From: Gemmatimonadaceae bacterium
GTDB taxonomy: Bacteria; Gemmatimonadota; Gemmatimonadetes; Gemmatimonadales; Gemmatimonadaceae
Assembly (NCBI GenBank): GCA_040902005.1
Contig: JBBDYA010000080.1
Span: 1 to 22,299, forward strand
DNA: 22,299 nucleotides
Reading direction: 5' to 3'
The notes beneath the pieces are model-generated. The model was not told where the DNA came from. It saw only the letters and a program-made list of their open reading frames with translations, and ran no database searches. The first letter of the stretch is position 1, and every line of letters starts with the position of its first letter. The position numbers and the translations under genes are program-made. Positions 12,188-19,264 of this stretch are shown here, piece after piece.

Positions 12188-13780
12188 ATGGCCAACGAGA
12201 AGCCGCCCAGAGCACAGGCCCAGGCCACGGGTGTGGCGACGGACAGTCCGCCGCCAGGACTCGAAGAGTGGACGCAGAACACAAGCTTCTTCGGGCATCC
12301 GCGCGGGCTCTCCACGCTCTTCTTCACGGAGATGTGGGAGCGCTTCTCGTATTACGGCATCCGGCCGCTGCTCGTGCTGTTCATGTCGGCGGCACTGTTC
12401 GACGGCGGCTTCGGCTTCGACCGCACGCAGGCCTCGGCGATCGTCGGCATCTACGGGGCGTGCGTGTACCTCGCCTCGCTTCCCGGCGGCTGGGTCGCTG
12501 ACCGATTGCTCGGCCTTCGGCGCGCCATCCTGTACGGCGCCGTCCTGATTTCGCTGGGCCACATCGCGATCGGGTTCTCGTCGTTCATGGGCTCCAGGCT
12601 GCCATTCTTCCTGGGACTCGTCCTCATCGTGATGGGCACGGGTCTGCTGAAGCCGAATATCTCGGCGATCGTCGGCGACCTGTATCCCGAGGGCGGCGCC
12701 CGCCGCGACGCCGGGTTCTCGATCTACTACATGGGCATCAACATCGGTGCCTTCTTCGGACAGCTGGTCACCGGGCTGCTCGGCGAGCAGTACGGCTGGC
12801 ATCTGGGCTTCGGCGCCGCCGGCGTGGGCATGCTCCTGGGACTCGTCGTCTTCGCCATGCGCGCGCCCAAGACCCTCGGCCCGATTGGCCTCCAGCCGAC
12901 GCGGCATCCCGACGCGGCCGTGCAGGCGACGCAGGAACGCCGGGTGAAGCTCACGCTCGGTATCGGACTCGGATTGCTCGGACTGTTCATCGTGCTGGCA
13001 GCCACCGGCACCATCACGCTCGATGCGGCCGCGATCGCGGAACAGATGACGTACGTCCTGGTCGGGACCGCGGTGCTGTACTTCCTGTACGTGTTCGTCG
13101 CCGGTGGCCTGGATGGCGACGAGAAGCGTCGTGTCGCGGTCATCGCGGTGCTGTTCGTCGCCGCGGCGATCTTCTGGTCCGCGTTCGAACAGGCGCCGAC
13201 GTCGCTCAACCTGTTCGCGCGCGACTTCACGGATCGCCAGTTCGGCGCCTTCGAGATGCCGGCGACGTGGTTCCAATCCGCCAACGCATTCTTCGTGGTG
13301 CTTTTCGCCCCCGTCGCGGCGGCGCTCTGGGTGCGGCTCTCCAAACGTCCCGGGGGAGACCTCTCGAGTCCAGCCAAGTTTTCCGCCGGGCTCCTGCTCG
13401 CCGGCATCGGATTCTTCGTGATGATCTTCGCCGCAAAGAGCGTCGTCGCCAGCGGCGGCATCCTGAAGGTGTCCGCCTGGTGGCTGATCGCGAGCTACTT
13501 CTTCCAGACGATCGGCGAGCTGTCGCTCAGCCCGGTCGGTCTCTCGTCGATGACCAAGCTGTCGCCGCGCCGATACGTCGGGCAGATGATGGGCATCTGG
13601 TTCCTCGCGTCCGCGGTCGGCAACCTGATCGGCGGGCGCGTCGGCGGCCACGTGGATCCGGAAAACCTCGAGCAGATGCCGCAACTGTTTACCCTCACGA
13701 CGGCGTCGCTCGTCATCGCCGCGATCGTGCTTGCCCTGCTCATCAAGCCGATCCGGAGCATGATGCGGAACGTGAACTAG
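12188..13780 (+). CDS. Proton-dependent oligopeptide transporter (POT/PTR family, MFS)
   Basis: ExxERFxYY motif (TEMWERFSYYG), GTGLLKPNIS, FSIYYMGINIG, multiple TM segments. GGAG at 12179-12182 precedes the ATG at 12188. Confidence 0.95.
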   Translation: MANEKPPRAQAQATGVATDSPPPGLEEWTQNTSFFGHPRGLSTLFFTEMWERFSYYGIRPLLVLFMSAALFDGGFGFDRTQASAIVGIYGACVYLASLPGGWVADRLLGLRRAILYGAVLISLGHIAIGFSSFMGSRLPFFLGLVLIVMGTGLLKPNISAIVGDLYPEGGARRDAGFSIYYMGINIGAFFGQLVTGLLGEQYGWHLGFGAAGVGMLLGLVVFAMRAPKTLGPIGLQPTRHPDAAVQATQERRVKLTLGIGLGLLGLFIVLAATGTITLDAAAIAEQMTYVLVGTAVLYFLYVFVAGGLDGDEKRRVAVIAVLFVAAAIFWSAFEQAPTSLNLFARDFTDRQFGAFEMPATWFQSANAFFVVLFAPVAAALWVRLSKRPGGDLSSPAKFSAGLLLAGIGFFVMIFAAKSVVASGGILKVSAWWLIASYFFQTIGELSLSPVGLSSMTKLSPRRYVGQMMGIWFLASAVGNLIGGRVGGHVDPENLEQMPQLFTLTTASLVIAAIVLALLIKPIRSMMRNVN

Positions 13781-13815
13781 TCCTCGGCCGGCCCGCGCCG
13801 AGGGCACGGTCTGAA

Positions 13816-15534
13816 CTACGGCCAGTTGTAGATGCTCGCGGGCACCGCGCGTGCCCGCGCGGCGTCCACGTCCACGGGCTCGCGCCAGAAAAACGTGGTG
13901 AGGTCGCGGTGGGAAAGACGAAGCTCCCACGGGCTCATTCCCGGAAGCTTGTTGAGCGGGACCGCGAACTCCAGCCGCCAGGTGCGCGTGGACCGCATGG
14001 GAATGGCGAGTAGCACGCTGGCCCCAGCCGACACGCGGATCTGCGTTACGTCGCCATACGGCACGTCGCCCGGCCACAGCCGGCCGGCGTCGCTGAAAAC
14101 CGAAAAGCCGAAATCTCCAAAGTCGAACGGCGTGCCCAGGAACACCCGCTCCTCGATCCGCGCGACGGCACGGCGCCCTCCAACCGACGATTCCTCCTCG
14201 CGGAATCCGCGCACGCCACCCTCCGGCACGCCGAGCGAGAGCGCGTGCGGCATCAACACACGCGACGTCCCGCTCCATTCCACGGTGACGGACCGCGTGC
14301 GGCGGTCGGTGACGCGGCTATGTCGCGCGAGCCGGCCCGTGCCGACAAGACCGTCCCATTCCCCGCTCCCCCGCTGGCGGCGTCCTTCGCCCTGGAACTG
14401 TAGCCGAACAATGCGCCCCGGACTGCCGTACCCCAGGTAGAGGTCCGACGCGACGAACAGGTCGTTGCTGACCGCGCCGAGCGCGGGAACGCCACGGCCA
14501 ACGAGCGCGCCGAATTGCAGCCCGAGCGGCACGTCCTGAGTGCCCCGCAACGCGTCGATGGCGCGCGTTCGCATGTAACGCAGGCCACGCAACCCCAGCA
14601 GCGCGTTGACCCGAGCCGCGCGCGTTTCCATGAATCGGCCGCCGAACGCGCTCGCGGTATCGGAGAACAGTCCGACGTCCGTGACGCGCGCGGCAGCCGT
14701 GTCCGGAAAGGCGCGCTCATTCGTGAACGAGAGGCCGAAGAGCGTGAGCTTTCCCGGAGGCCCCACACGCACCATGCCGCCGAGCTCCGCGTACTCCCGG
14801 CCGTACCCGAGGGCGAGTCGGCCGCTGTCCCGTGCGGCGAAGAGCGCATGGCCCCGACTCTCGCCAACGACGCCGCGCCACGCGAATCGCTGGACGTCCG
14901 TCCTGAACGGCAGCATCAGCTCGGCGCGGTCGTCGCGACCCAGCGGGTCGCGCAGCAGCGAGACCGCCAGCACGTACGGCTTGCCCGCGAACTGATGGTC
15001 CGCGATGCGAATCTGCATGACGTCGTCGAAGTACTGCCGGTAGCGCCAGGCGATGGACGTCGCGATGCCGCGTCCCGCGAGATTGGAGCTCCCGATCCGT
15101 GCGGCGCGGACGTTCGGACCCACCGTGCCGATGGCCCCGCTGAGGATCAGCGACGCCTCGTCGATCGTCCGCACGTCCAGCACCACGCCCCCGCGATTGT
15201 TCGAAAGGACCTCGATGGACGCGTCGGCCAGATAGGGCTGCGCGCGGAGGATGCGTTCCGATTCCGCGCGCCGCAGCTCGGTGCACCGGTCTCCGACGCG
15301 AAGCAGAAGGTACCCGCGCACGACGTCCTCGCGGGTGACCACGTGCGTTTCGCGAACCACGTTGCCCAGGACGGGCACGCGGCTGAGCCCCGCGACCGTC
15401 GGCGCCTGCGCATCCACGATGACCGAATCGATGCGCTGCCCGCGACACGGCACGAGTCCCCTGGCCCCCCCCGGCTGCGCCGCCGCTGATGACGTCCCTG
15501 CGCAGATCAGCAGAATCGCAAGCCGGTAGCGCAC
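13816..15534 (-). CDS. Omp85/BamA-TamA superfamily outer-membrane protein (POTRA-like N-terminus plus beta-barrel)
   Basis: Signal peptide MRYRLAILLICAGTSSAAA, POTRA-like segment TREDVVRGYLLLRVGD...ESERILRAQPYL, loop-6-like motif GGVRGF, amphipathic beta-strand pattern. Confidence 0.7.
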   Translation of the reverse strand: MRYRLAILLICAGTSSAAAQPGGARGLVPCRGQRIDSVIVDAQAPTVAGLSRVPVLGNVVRETHVVTREDVVRGYLLLRVGDRCTELRRAESERILRAQPYLADASIEVLSNNRGGVVLDVRTIDEASLILSGAIGTVGPNVRAARIGSSNLAGRGIATSIAWRYRQYFDDVMQIRIADHQFAGKPYVLAVSLLRDPLGRDDRAELMLPFRTDVQRFAWRGVVGESRGHALFAARDSGRLALGYGREYAELGGMVRVGPPGKLTLFGLSFTNERAFPDTAAARVTDVGLFSDTASAFGGRFMETRAARVNALLGLRGLRYMRTRAIDALRGTQDVPLGLQFGALVGRGVPALGAVSNDLFVASDLYLGYGSPGRIVRLQFQGEGRRQRGSGEWDGLVGTGRLARHSRVTDRRTRSVTVEWSGTSRVLMPHALSLGVPEGGVRGFREEESSVGGRRAVARIEERVFLGTPFDFGDFGFSVFSDAGRLWPGDVPYGDVTQIRVSAGASVLLAIPMRSTRTWRLEFAVPLNKLPGMSPWELRLSHRDLTTFFWREPVDVDAARARAVPASIYNWP

Positions 15535-15538
15535 CGGC

Positions 15539-16090
15539 CTACTTGCCCATCTTCCGCTTCAGTTCCTCGAGGCGGCGATCCGCATCGGCGTCACGATCTG
15601 TTCGCGCGCGCGCGCGAAGCAGCGCCTCCAGCTCCTGCTCGGCGCGCGCGTCCGCCGTATCCGCGAGCGGATCATCCAGCGGTGCGCCCGGCGGCGGCGC
15701 GGGAATGCCCGTCATCGCCTTCCGAAGTTCTGCCTTCATTTCCTCGAGCTCGCGGTCGGCGAGTTCCACCTCGCGCGTCTGGATGGCGATCTTGTCCTCG
15801 AGAATGCGCGCCCGTTCCTCGTGCTGCCGCTCAAAGCGCTCGGCCACGGCGACCGTTTCGGCGTCCCGGATGCCAAGCGCGAGCTCCTTCCGCCGCCGGA
15901 CGGTGGCCAACTCGCGCTGCTCGCCTTCGAGCTTCCGCTGTGATACGGCCAGGGCATCCCGCAGGTCGTCCACGCCCATCCTGACCTGCACGAGCGTGCT
16001 GCGCATGCGCGCCATGACAGTACGCCGTTCCTCGGGCTTCGTGGCCCGCTGCAGCAGTTCGTCCAGGGACCGTCGCAGATGCTCGAACAC
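15539..16090 (-). CDS. Coiled-coil protein, PspA/IM30-like
   Basis: 183 aa, helical and E/R/L-rich, ending DADADRRLEELKRKMGK like PspA C-termini; GTG start; ends 4 nt before the Omp85 gene start. Confidence 0.6.
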   Translation of the reverse strand: MFEHLRRSLDELLQRATKPEERRTVMARMRSTLVQVRMGVDDLRDALAVSQRKLEGEQRELATVRRRKELALGIRDAETVAVAERFERQHEERARILEDKIAIQTREVELADRELEEMKAELRKAMTGIPAPPPGAPLDDPLADTADARAEQELEALLRARARTDRDADADRRLEELKRKMGK

Positions 16091-16219
16091 AGAGGCTGTA
16101 CGCGAAATCGAGGGGGAAGGTGACAGTGCCGCCTGAGGGGGCGCTTGTCTGTTCGGGGGGCGCGCTTACCATACCGTCTGGCACGATGGACCCGCAACTC
16201 CTCTCACGCCCTCGCCTGC

Positions 16220-16939
16220 ATGCGCGCCCCTCTCGTCGCGGTCACCGCCACCACCAGGCTTAGTGATGGCGTTTCACGCGTGTACCTCAACGAGGCCTAT
16301 GTCCAGGCGCTGCGGGCCGTGGGACTCACCCCCCTGATCCTTCCGCCGCTCGATGCCACGGAGCTTCCCGACATCGTGGCCGGCGTGCAGGGCGTCGTGC
16401 TCACGGGCGGCGAGGACGTGGATCCAGCCGAGTATGAAGCGTCCCGCGGCGCGCACACGGAGCCGCCACACCGCCGGCGGGACAAGATGGAACTGGCCCT
16501 CGTGACGCTCGCCCGGGAGCGGTCGATTCCGACCCTGGCGATCTGCCGCGGCCTGCAGGTGGTGAACGTGGCCCTGGGTGGATCGCTCGTGCAGGACATC
16601 CCCACGGAATTCGAGACCACGGTCACGCACCGGGCAGCCGAACGAGACCAGCGCGTCCACGAAGTGAGGGTGGAGGGCGATTCCGCGTTGGCGCGGGCGG
16701 TCGGCGCGCGAACCATCAGCGTGAACTCCTCGCACCACCAGTCCGTGGGCCGCCCGGGTGAGGGCGTGCGCGTCACTGCGCGCGCGTCCGACGGCGTCAT
16801 CGAGGGCGCCGAGTGGAAGGATGACGGGTGGTGGATGCTCGGCGTCCAGTGGCACCCGGAAGATCTAGTGCGCGACGTGGAGGACTGGGATCGCGCGCTG
16901 TTCCGCGCCTTCGCGACTCGCGTGCGCGGGCCGGACTAG
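16220..16939 (+). CDS. Gamma-glutamyl-gamma-aminobutyrate hydrolase family protein (peptidase C26, class I glutamine amidotransferase)
   Basis: VLTGGEDVDP, nucleophile elbow LAICRGLQ, VNSSHHQ, GVQWHPE (Cys-His-Glu triad). Confidence 0.92.
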   Translation: MRAPLVAVTATTRLSDGVSRVYLNEAYVQALRAVGLTPLILPPLDATELPDIVAGVQGVVLTGGEDVDPAEYEASRGAHTEPPHRRRDKMELALVTLARERSIPTLAICRGLQVVNVALGGSLVQDIPTEFETTVTHRAAERDQRVHEVRVEGDSALARAVGARTISVNSSHHQSVGRPGEGVRVTARASDGVIEGAEWKDDGWWMLGVQWHPEDLVRDVEDWDRALFRAFATRVRGPD

Positions 16940-17667
16940 CCGGCGAGCTTCCAGCGCGCCTCGTCCGCCACCTGGCGCATGAGACGCTCCGGCGTGTGGA
17001 CCCGCGGAAAGAGCAGCGCGTCCGACATCGTGTTGAGCGCCACACGCAGCAGCCCGAACCGCGCCGCGATGGCCGTATACACGCCCGCCATCCCGTACTG
17101 CTCCGCCATCCGGTGCTCGGCGGCGAGCTCGAAGCCGCGCTTCCCCAGTTCCTCGAAGTACGCGAGGTCGGGACCACCGCGCCGCCACCGGCGTTGCTCG
17201 ATGTTGTCCGGAAACATGCCCGAAAACCACAGCGCGTGGTTGCCCAAGTGCACCCGAACGAGAAAGGCACGGCGCGGATCGCCGTCGTTCACATCGTCCA
17301 GGAGTGACGCGAGCGTGTCGTACAGTTCGTCGTCGGCGTCGCCGATCCGCTCGGACCGCCCGCGCGCGTTGAACGCCAGCACCACGGCCGCCAGGTAATC
17401 GCTCAGGGCGCGATCCGTTTCGCCCGCTCGCAGCAACGCATGCCGCACCATGACGTACAGGAACAACGGCAGTGAGGCGTACGCCCCGAACGAGCATCGG
17501 AGCAACGCGCGCGGAAGGTGGTGATCGTCGAGTATGCCATCGATCCCGTCGTCAACCAACCGCTGCTGCACGTCGCCGACATCGGCCCGGGACTCGGTGG
17601 CCACGAGTCGGACGGCGAGCTGCGCGTCTTCGCGCGTGAGCAGGTGCCGAGCATTTGCAAGAATCAT
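16936..17667 (-). CDS. Hypothetical protein (243 aa)
   Basis: ATG at 17667 (MILANARHLL) follows a strong SD, GGGGGGAGG, and codon usage is host-like. The ORF-track extension to 17820 runs into the IS end and is not credible. Confidence 0.8.
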   Translation of the reverse strand: MILANARHLLTREDAQLAVRLVATESRADVGDVQQRLVDDGIDGILDDHHLPRALLRCSFGAYASLPLFLYVMVRHALLRAGETDRALSDYLAAVVLAFNARGRSERIGDADDELYDTLASLLDDVNDGDPRRAFLVRVHLGNHALWFSGMFPDNIEQRRWRRGGPDLAYFEELGKRGFELAAEHRMAEQYGMAGVYTAIAARFGLLRVALNTMSDALLFPRVHTPERLMRQVADEARWKLAG

Positions 17668-17770
17668 CTGCGCCTCCCCCCTGAGACCCAATACCCGCGG
17701 TCGGTTCGAAGGTTGTGTGAAGGCAGGACCCGTGCTCCTCAGACTGCCTGGACCGCCTGAGGTAAAACGT

Positions 17771-17797
17771 TTGGCACTCAGCAGTTGACAGTGCTGA
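17771..17797. promoter_or_regulatory. CIRCE-like operator (putative HrcA site)
   Basis: TTGGCACTC-N9-CAGTGCTGA against the consensus TTAGCACTC-N9-GAGTGCTAA: 8/9 and 7/9 matches with exact 9-nt spacing; about 100 nt upstream of the hypothetical gene starting at 17667. Confidence 0.6.
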
Positions 17798-17798
17798 C
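17791..17798 (+). repeat. Target-site duplication, left copy (GTGCTGAC)
   Basis: Identical 8-mer at 21337-21344; each copy directly abuts a TIR. Confidence 0.93.
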
Positions 17799-17820
17799 GG
17801 CGTCTATGTATTTGGCGCAC
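17799..17820 (+). repeat. Terminal inverted repeat (left)
   Basis: GGCGTCTATGTATTTGGCGCAC matches the reverse complement of 21315-21336 (GGCGTGTATGGATTTGACGCAC) at 19/22 positions. Confidence 0.92.
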
Positions 17821-17850
17821 AGGGCACGGCCACCACCACAGAAGGGGCCT

Positions 17851-18240
17851 ATGACGGCCCTTAACGCGGAGATTGTAGCGCGAGCCGATCCCGGCATAGC
17901 CCCCGCCGTGAGGGTTCTGTTGGACGCTGGCATAGAAACCTTCGAGTCATGCCAGGGGGGGCGCGGCCATTGTTATCCCGAACCGACTGTCCGGTTCTTT
18001 GGCCAGCGGTCGGAGGGCTTCCGGGCCTTAGCCGCCGTGCGCCAACTGGCCTTCCGGGTCCATTCGCTTCGACGCATCTGGCCGATCATCGACGGGGAGC
18101 CCACAGGCCCGTATTGGGAGCTGGTTTTTGAGGCCGGGCTATACGAGGACGCGGAGCAGTCACGCGACGTGCTGGTGCAGGCGGCAAACGCGGGCACGGC
18201 TCAAGAGTGGTTCCGCGCCCGCGAGAGGCCACATGCCTAA
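17851..18240 (+). CDS. Passenger hypothetical protein (129 aa) with a D-x-x-I...T-x-x-SCQG-x-x-x-H motif
   Basis: ATG at 17851 follows the SD-like GAAGGGG (17841-17847). Globular-looking sequence ADPGIAPAVRVLLDAGIETFESCQGGRGHCYPEPTVRF. The ORF-track start at 17785 lies outside the element. Confidence 0.75.
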   Translation: MTALNAEIVARADPGIAPAVRVLLDAGIETFESCQGGRGHCYPEPTVRFFGQRSEGFRALAAVRQLAFRVHSLRRIWPIIDGEPTGPYWELVFEAGLYEDAEQSRDVLVQAANAGTAQEWFRARERPHA

Positions 18241-18241
18241 C

Positions 18242-18391
18242 TCACTTGCAGTTTTGGCAGCGCGGGCGACCGCCCGTTCCCGACACCCTGTTGTACGTCT
18301 CGATGTTGTTCCCTTCGGTGCAGGTGTCGTCGTCGTGGTACACCTTCTTGTCGCTTTCCCGCTTCGAGTGGAACGGTGCAACTCTGGCCAT
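18242..18391 (-). CDS. 49-aa putative zinc-binding microprotein (H-x4-C...CxxC)
   Basis: Translated by hand: MARVAPFHSKRESDKKVYHDDDTCTEGNNIETYNRVSGTGGRPRCQNCK*. SD-like GGGAAGGG lies 4 nt before the ATG, and the stop is 1 nt from the convergent gene's stop. Confidence 0.75.
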   Translation of the reverse strand: MARVAPFHSKRESDKKVYHDDDTCTEGNNIETYNRVSGTGGRPRCQNCK

Positions 18392-18510
18392 GGTACCCTT
18401 CCCGTTAGGAGGAAGTGGAACGATATAACCAAAGACTCATTTAGGAAATACGGATTAACACGGCCGGTAGGAAATGCGAAAGGATCGCCTTTACTAAACC
18501 GGTCCGCTGC

Positions 18511-18651
18511 TCATTTCTTCTTTTTGCTTGGCGGTTTCCCGCGTTTTAGCGCCTGCTTTAAGGCGTCCTTCCAGTCTCCCTCAATCTTGAGGGTCTCGGG
18601 CGGGCGTCCGCGCTTCTTGGAGGGTGTCTTTTTCTTGGGCATTTCGTCCAT
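18511..18651 (-). CDS. Small basic peptide (43-46 aa) with an AT-hook-like KRGRPP motif
   Basis: MDEMPKKKTPSKKRGRPPETLKIEGDWKDALKQALKRGKPPSKKKK, starting at 18651 or 18642. The ORF-track start at 18708 lies inside the tRNA. Confidence 0.6.
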   Translation of the reverse strand: MDEMPKKKTPSKKRGRPPETLKIEGDWKDALKQALKRGKPPSKKKK

Positions 18652-18671
18652 TTTGGTAGTAGATTGTCTAG

Positions 18672-18757
18672 TGCGGTCGGCGGGGTTCGAACCCGCAATC
18701 TCGGCCAAGAGAAATAGATTCCAGGTCTATCGCGTTTACCGTTTTCGCCACGACCGC
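18672..18757 (-). tRNA. Atypical class II tRNA: Leu-type body, anticodon TGG (Pro), C33, no encoded CCA
   Basis: Cloverleaf read by hand: acceptor GCGGTCG/CGACCGC plus A73; D arm GCG-AAAACGGTAAA-CGC; anticodon arm ATAGA-CCTGGAA-TCTAT; 17-nt variable arm with a TCTC/GAGA stem; T arm GCGGG-TTCGAAC-CCCGC. Followed by CTA rather than CCA. Confidence 0.88.
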
Positions 18758-18758
18758 G

Positions 18759-18795
18759 CCCCGTACTGCCGTCAGCAGTACGGGGTTTCTTGTTT
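18759..18795 (+). terminator. Perfect 11-bp hairpin with a U-rich tail on the + strand
   Basis: CCCCGTACTGC-cgtca-GCAGTACGGGG (18759-18785), followed by TTTCTTGTTT. Confidence 0.65.
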
Positions 18796-18796
18796 C

Positions 18797-19264
18797 CTAT
18801 TCCGTGGCCAAGCTGGCTTCCTGAGGCTTCCATTCGCGCTGCTCCAGTTCGGTGGTCAGCGCCAAGAGGTTCATGGGAGGAAGCCAAAGCGGTCCGAACC
18901 GACCTTTGCCGCTCAGCGACGCAAGGGTTTCGCGGACGAATGGGTACAGCGCTGCTGGCCCTGCTTTCACCACGTAATCGCGAAGCGACATGTTCGGTTC
19001 GTCGGTCTGTTCAACGACCGCGACAAACTCAATACCGAACCGATAGAGGCTGTTCGCCGCCTCTTCTTTTGGCGTGAACACAGAAACGGATACGATGCCG
19101 CTTTTCTCGTCCGGGGAGATGCCGACCCTGACCTTCACTTTTGTAGGTATGTCCTCGACGGGCGTGGTTGGCGGAAGGGCCAGCGCATCATTGCGCGTCT
19201 CGAAGTGGCAACGAGACAAGAAGATCTGATTGATCTTGATGCCGGGGTTTTTTGTGGCGTCCAT
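18797..19264 (-). CDS. SecB-like chaperone (TAC chaperone)
   Basis: IKINQIFLSRCHFE resembles SecB strand 1, and GPAALYPFVRETLASLSGKGRFGPLWLPPMN resembles the SecB C-terminal motif P-x-x-L-F-P-Y-x-R...G-x-F-P-x-L-x-L-x-P-V-N. Its ATG directly abuts the antitoxin TAA. Confidence 0.88.
   Translation of the reverse strand: MDATKNPGIKINQIFLSRCHFETRNDALALPPTTPVEDIPTKVKVRVGISPDEKSGIVSVSVFTPKEEAANSLYRFGIEFVAVVEQTDEPNMSLRDYVVKAGPAALYPFVRETLASLSGKGRFGPLWLPPMNLLALTTELEQREWKPQEASLATE

Noticed and set aside
11765..14278. 837-aa minus-strand ORF and similar long ORFs (4065-5978, 6779-8536, 2679-3881)
   Set aside because: Shadow frames of well-supported genes in high-GC DNA; Arg/Ala/Gly-rich with no motifs.
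17668..17770. Alternative hairpins in the leader of the hypothetical gene (possible riboswitch or thermometer)
   Set aside because: Short stems are expected at this GC content, and I recognise no aptamer consensus. An Rfam/Infernal search would be needed.
17668..17850. ORF-track N-terminal extensions (16936-17820 minus, 17785-18240 plus)
   Set aside because: Both cross the IS junction; SD-supported ATGs exist at 17667 and 17851.
18464..18502. Nested stems CCGGT/ACCGG and AAAGG-atcg-CCTTT between the two microprotein genes
   Set aside because: Two 5-bp stems are too weak to call an ncRNA or terminator without covariation data.
18672..18757. The tRNA as an integrase attachment site or prophage boundary
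   Set aside because: It lies inside the TIR-bounded element, no duplicated tRNA 3' fragment was seen, and there is no integrase in the window.
18768..18777. TGCTGACGGC on the minus strand of the hairpin equals the left junction sequence 17792-17801, hinting at an RNA guide for targeting
   Set aside because: Only a 10-nt, GC-rich match found post hoc, and IS1595 DDE transposases have no known RNA guide. It would matter only if other copies showed the loop covarying with their target sites.
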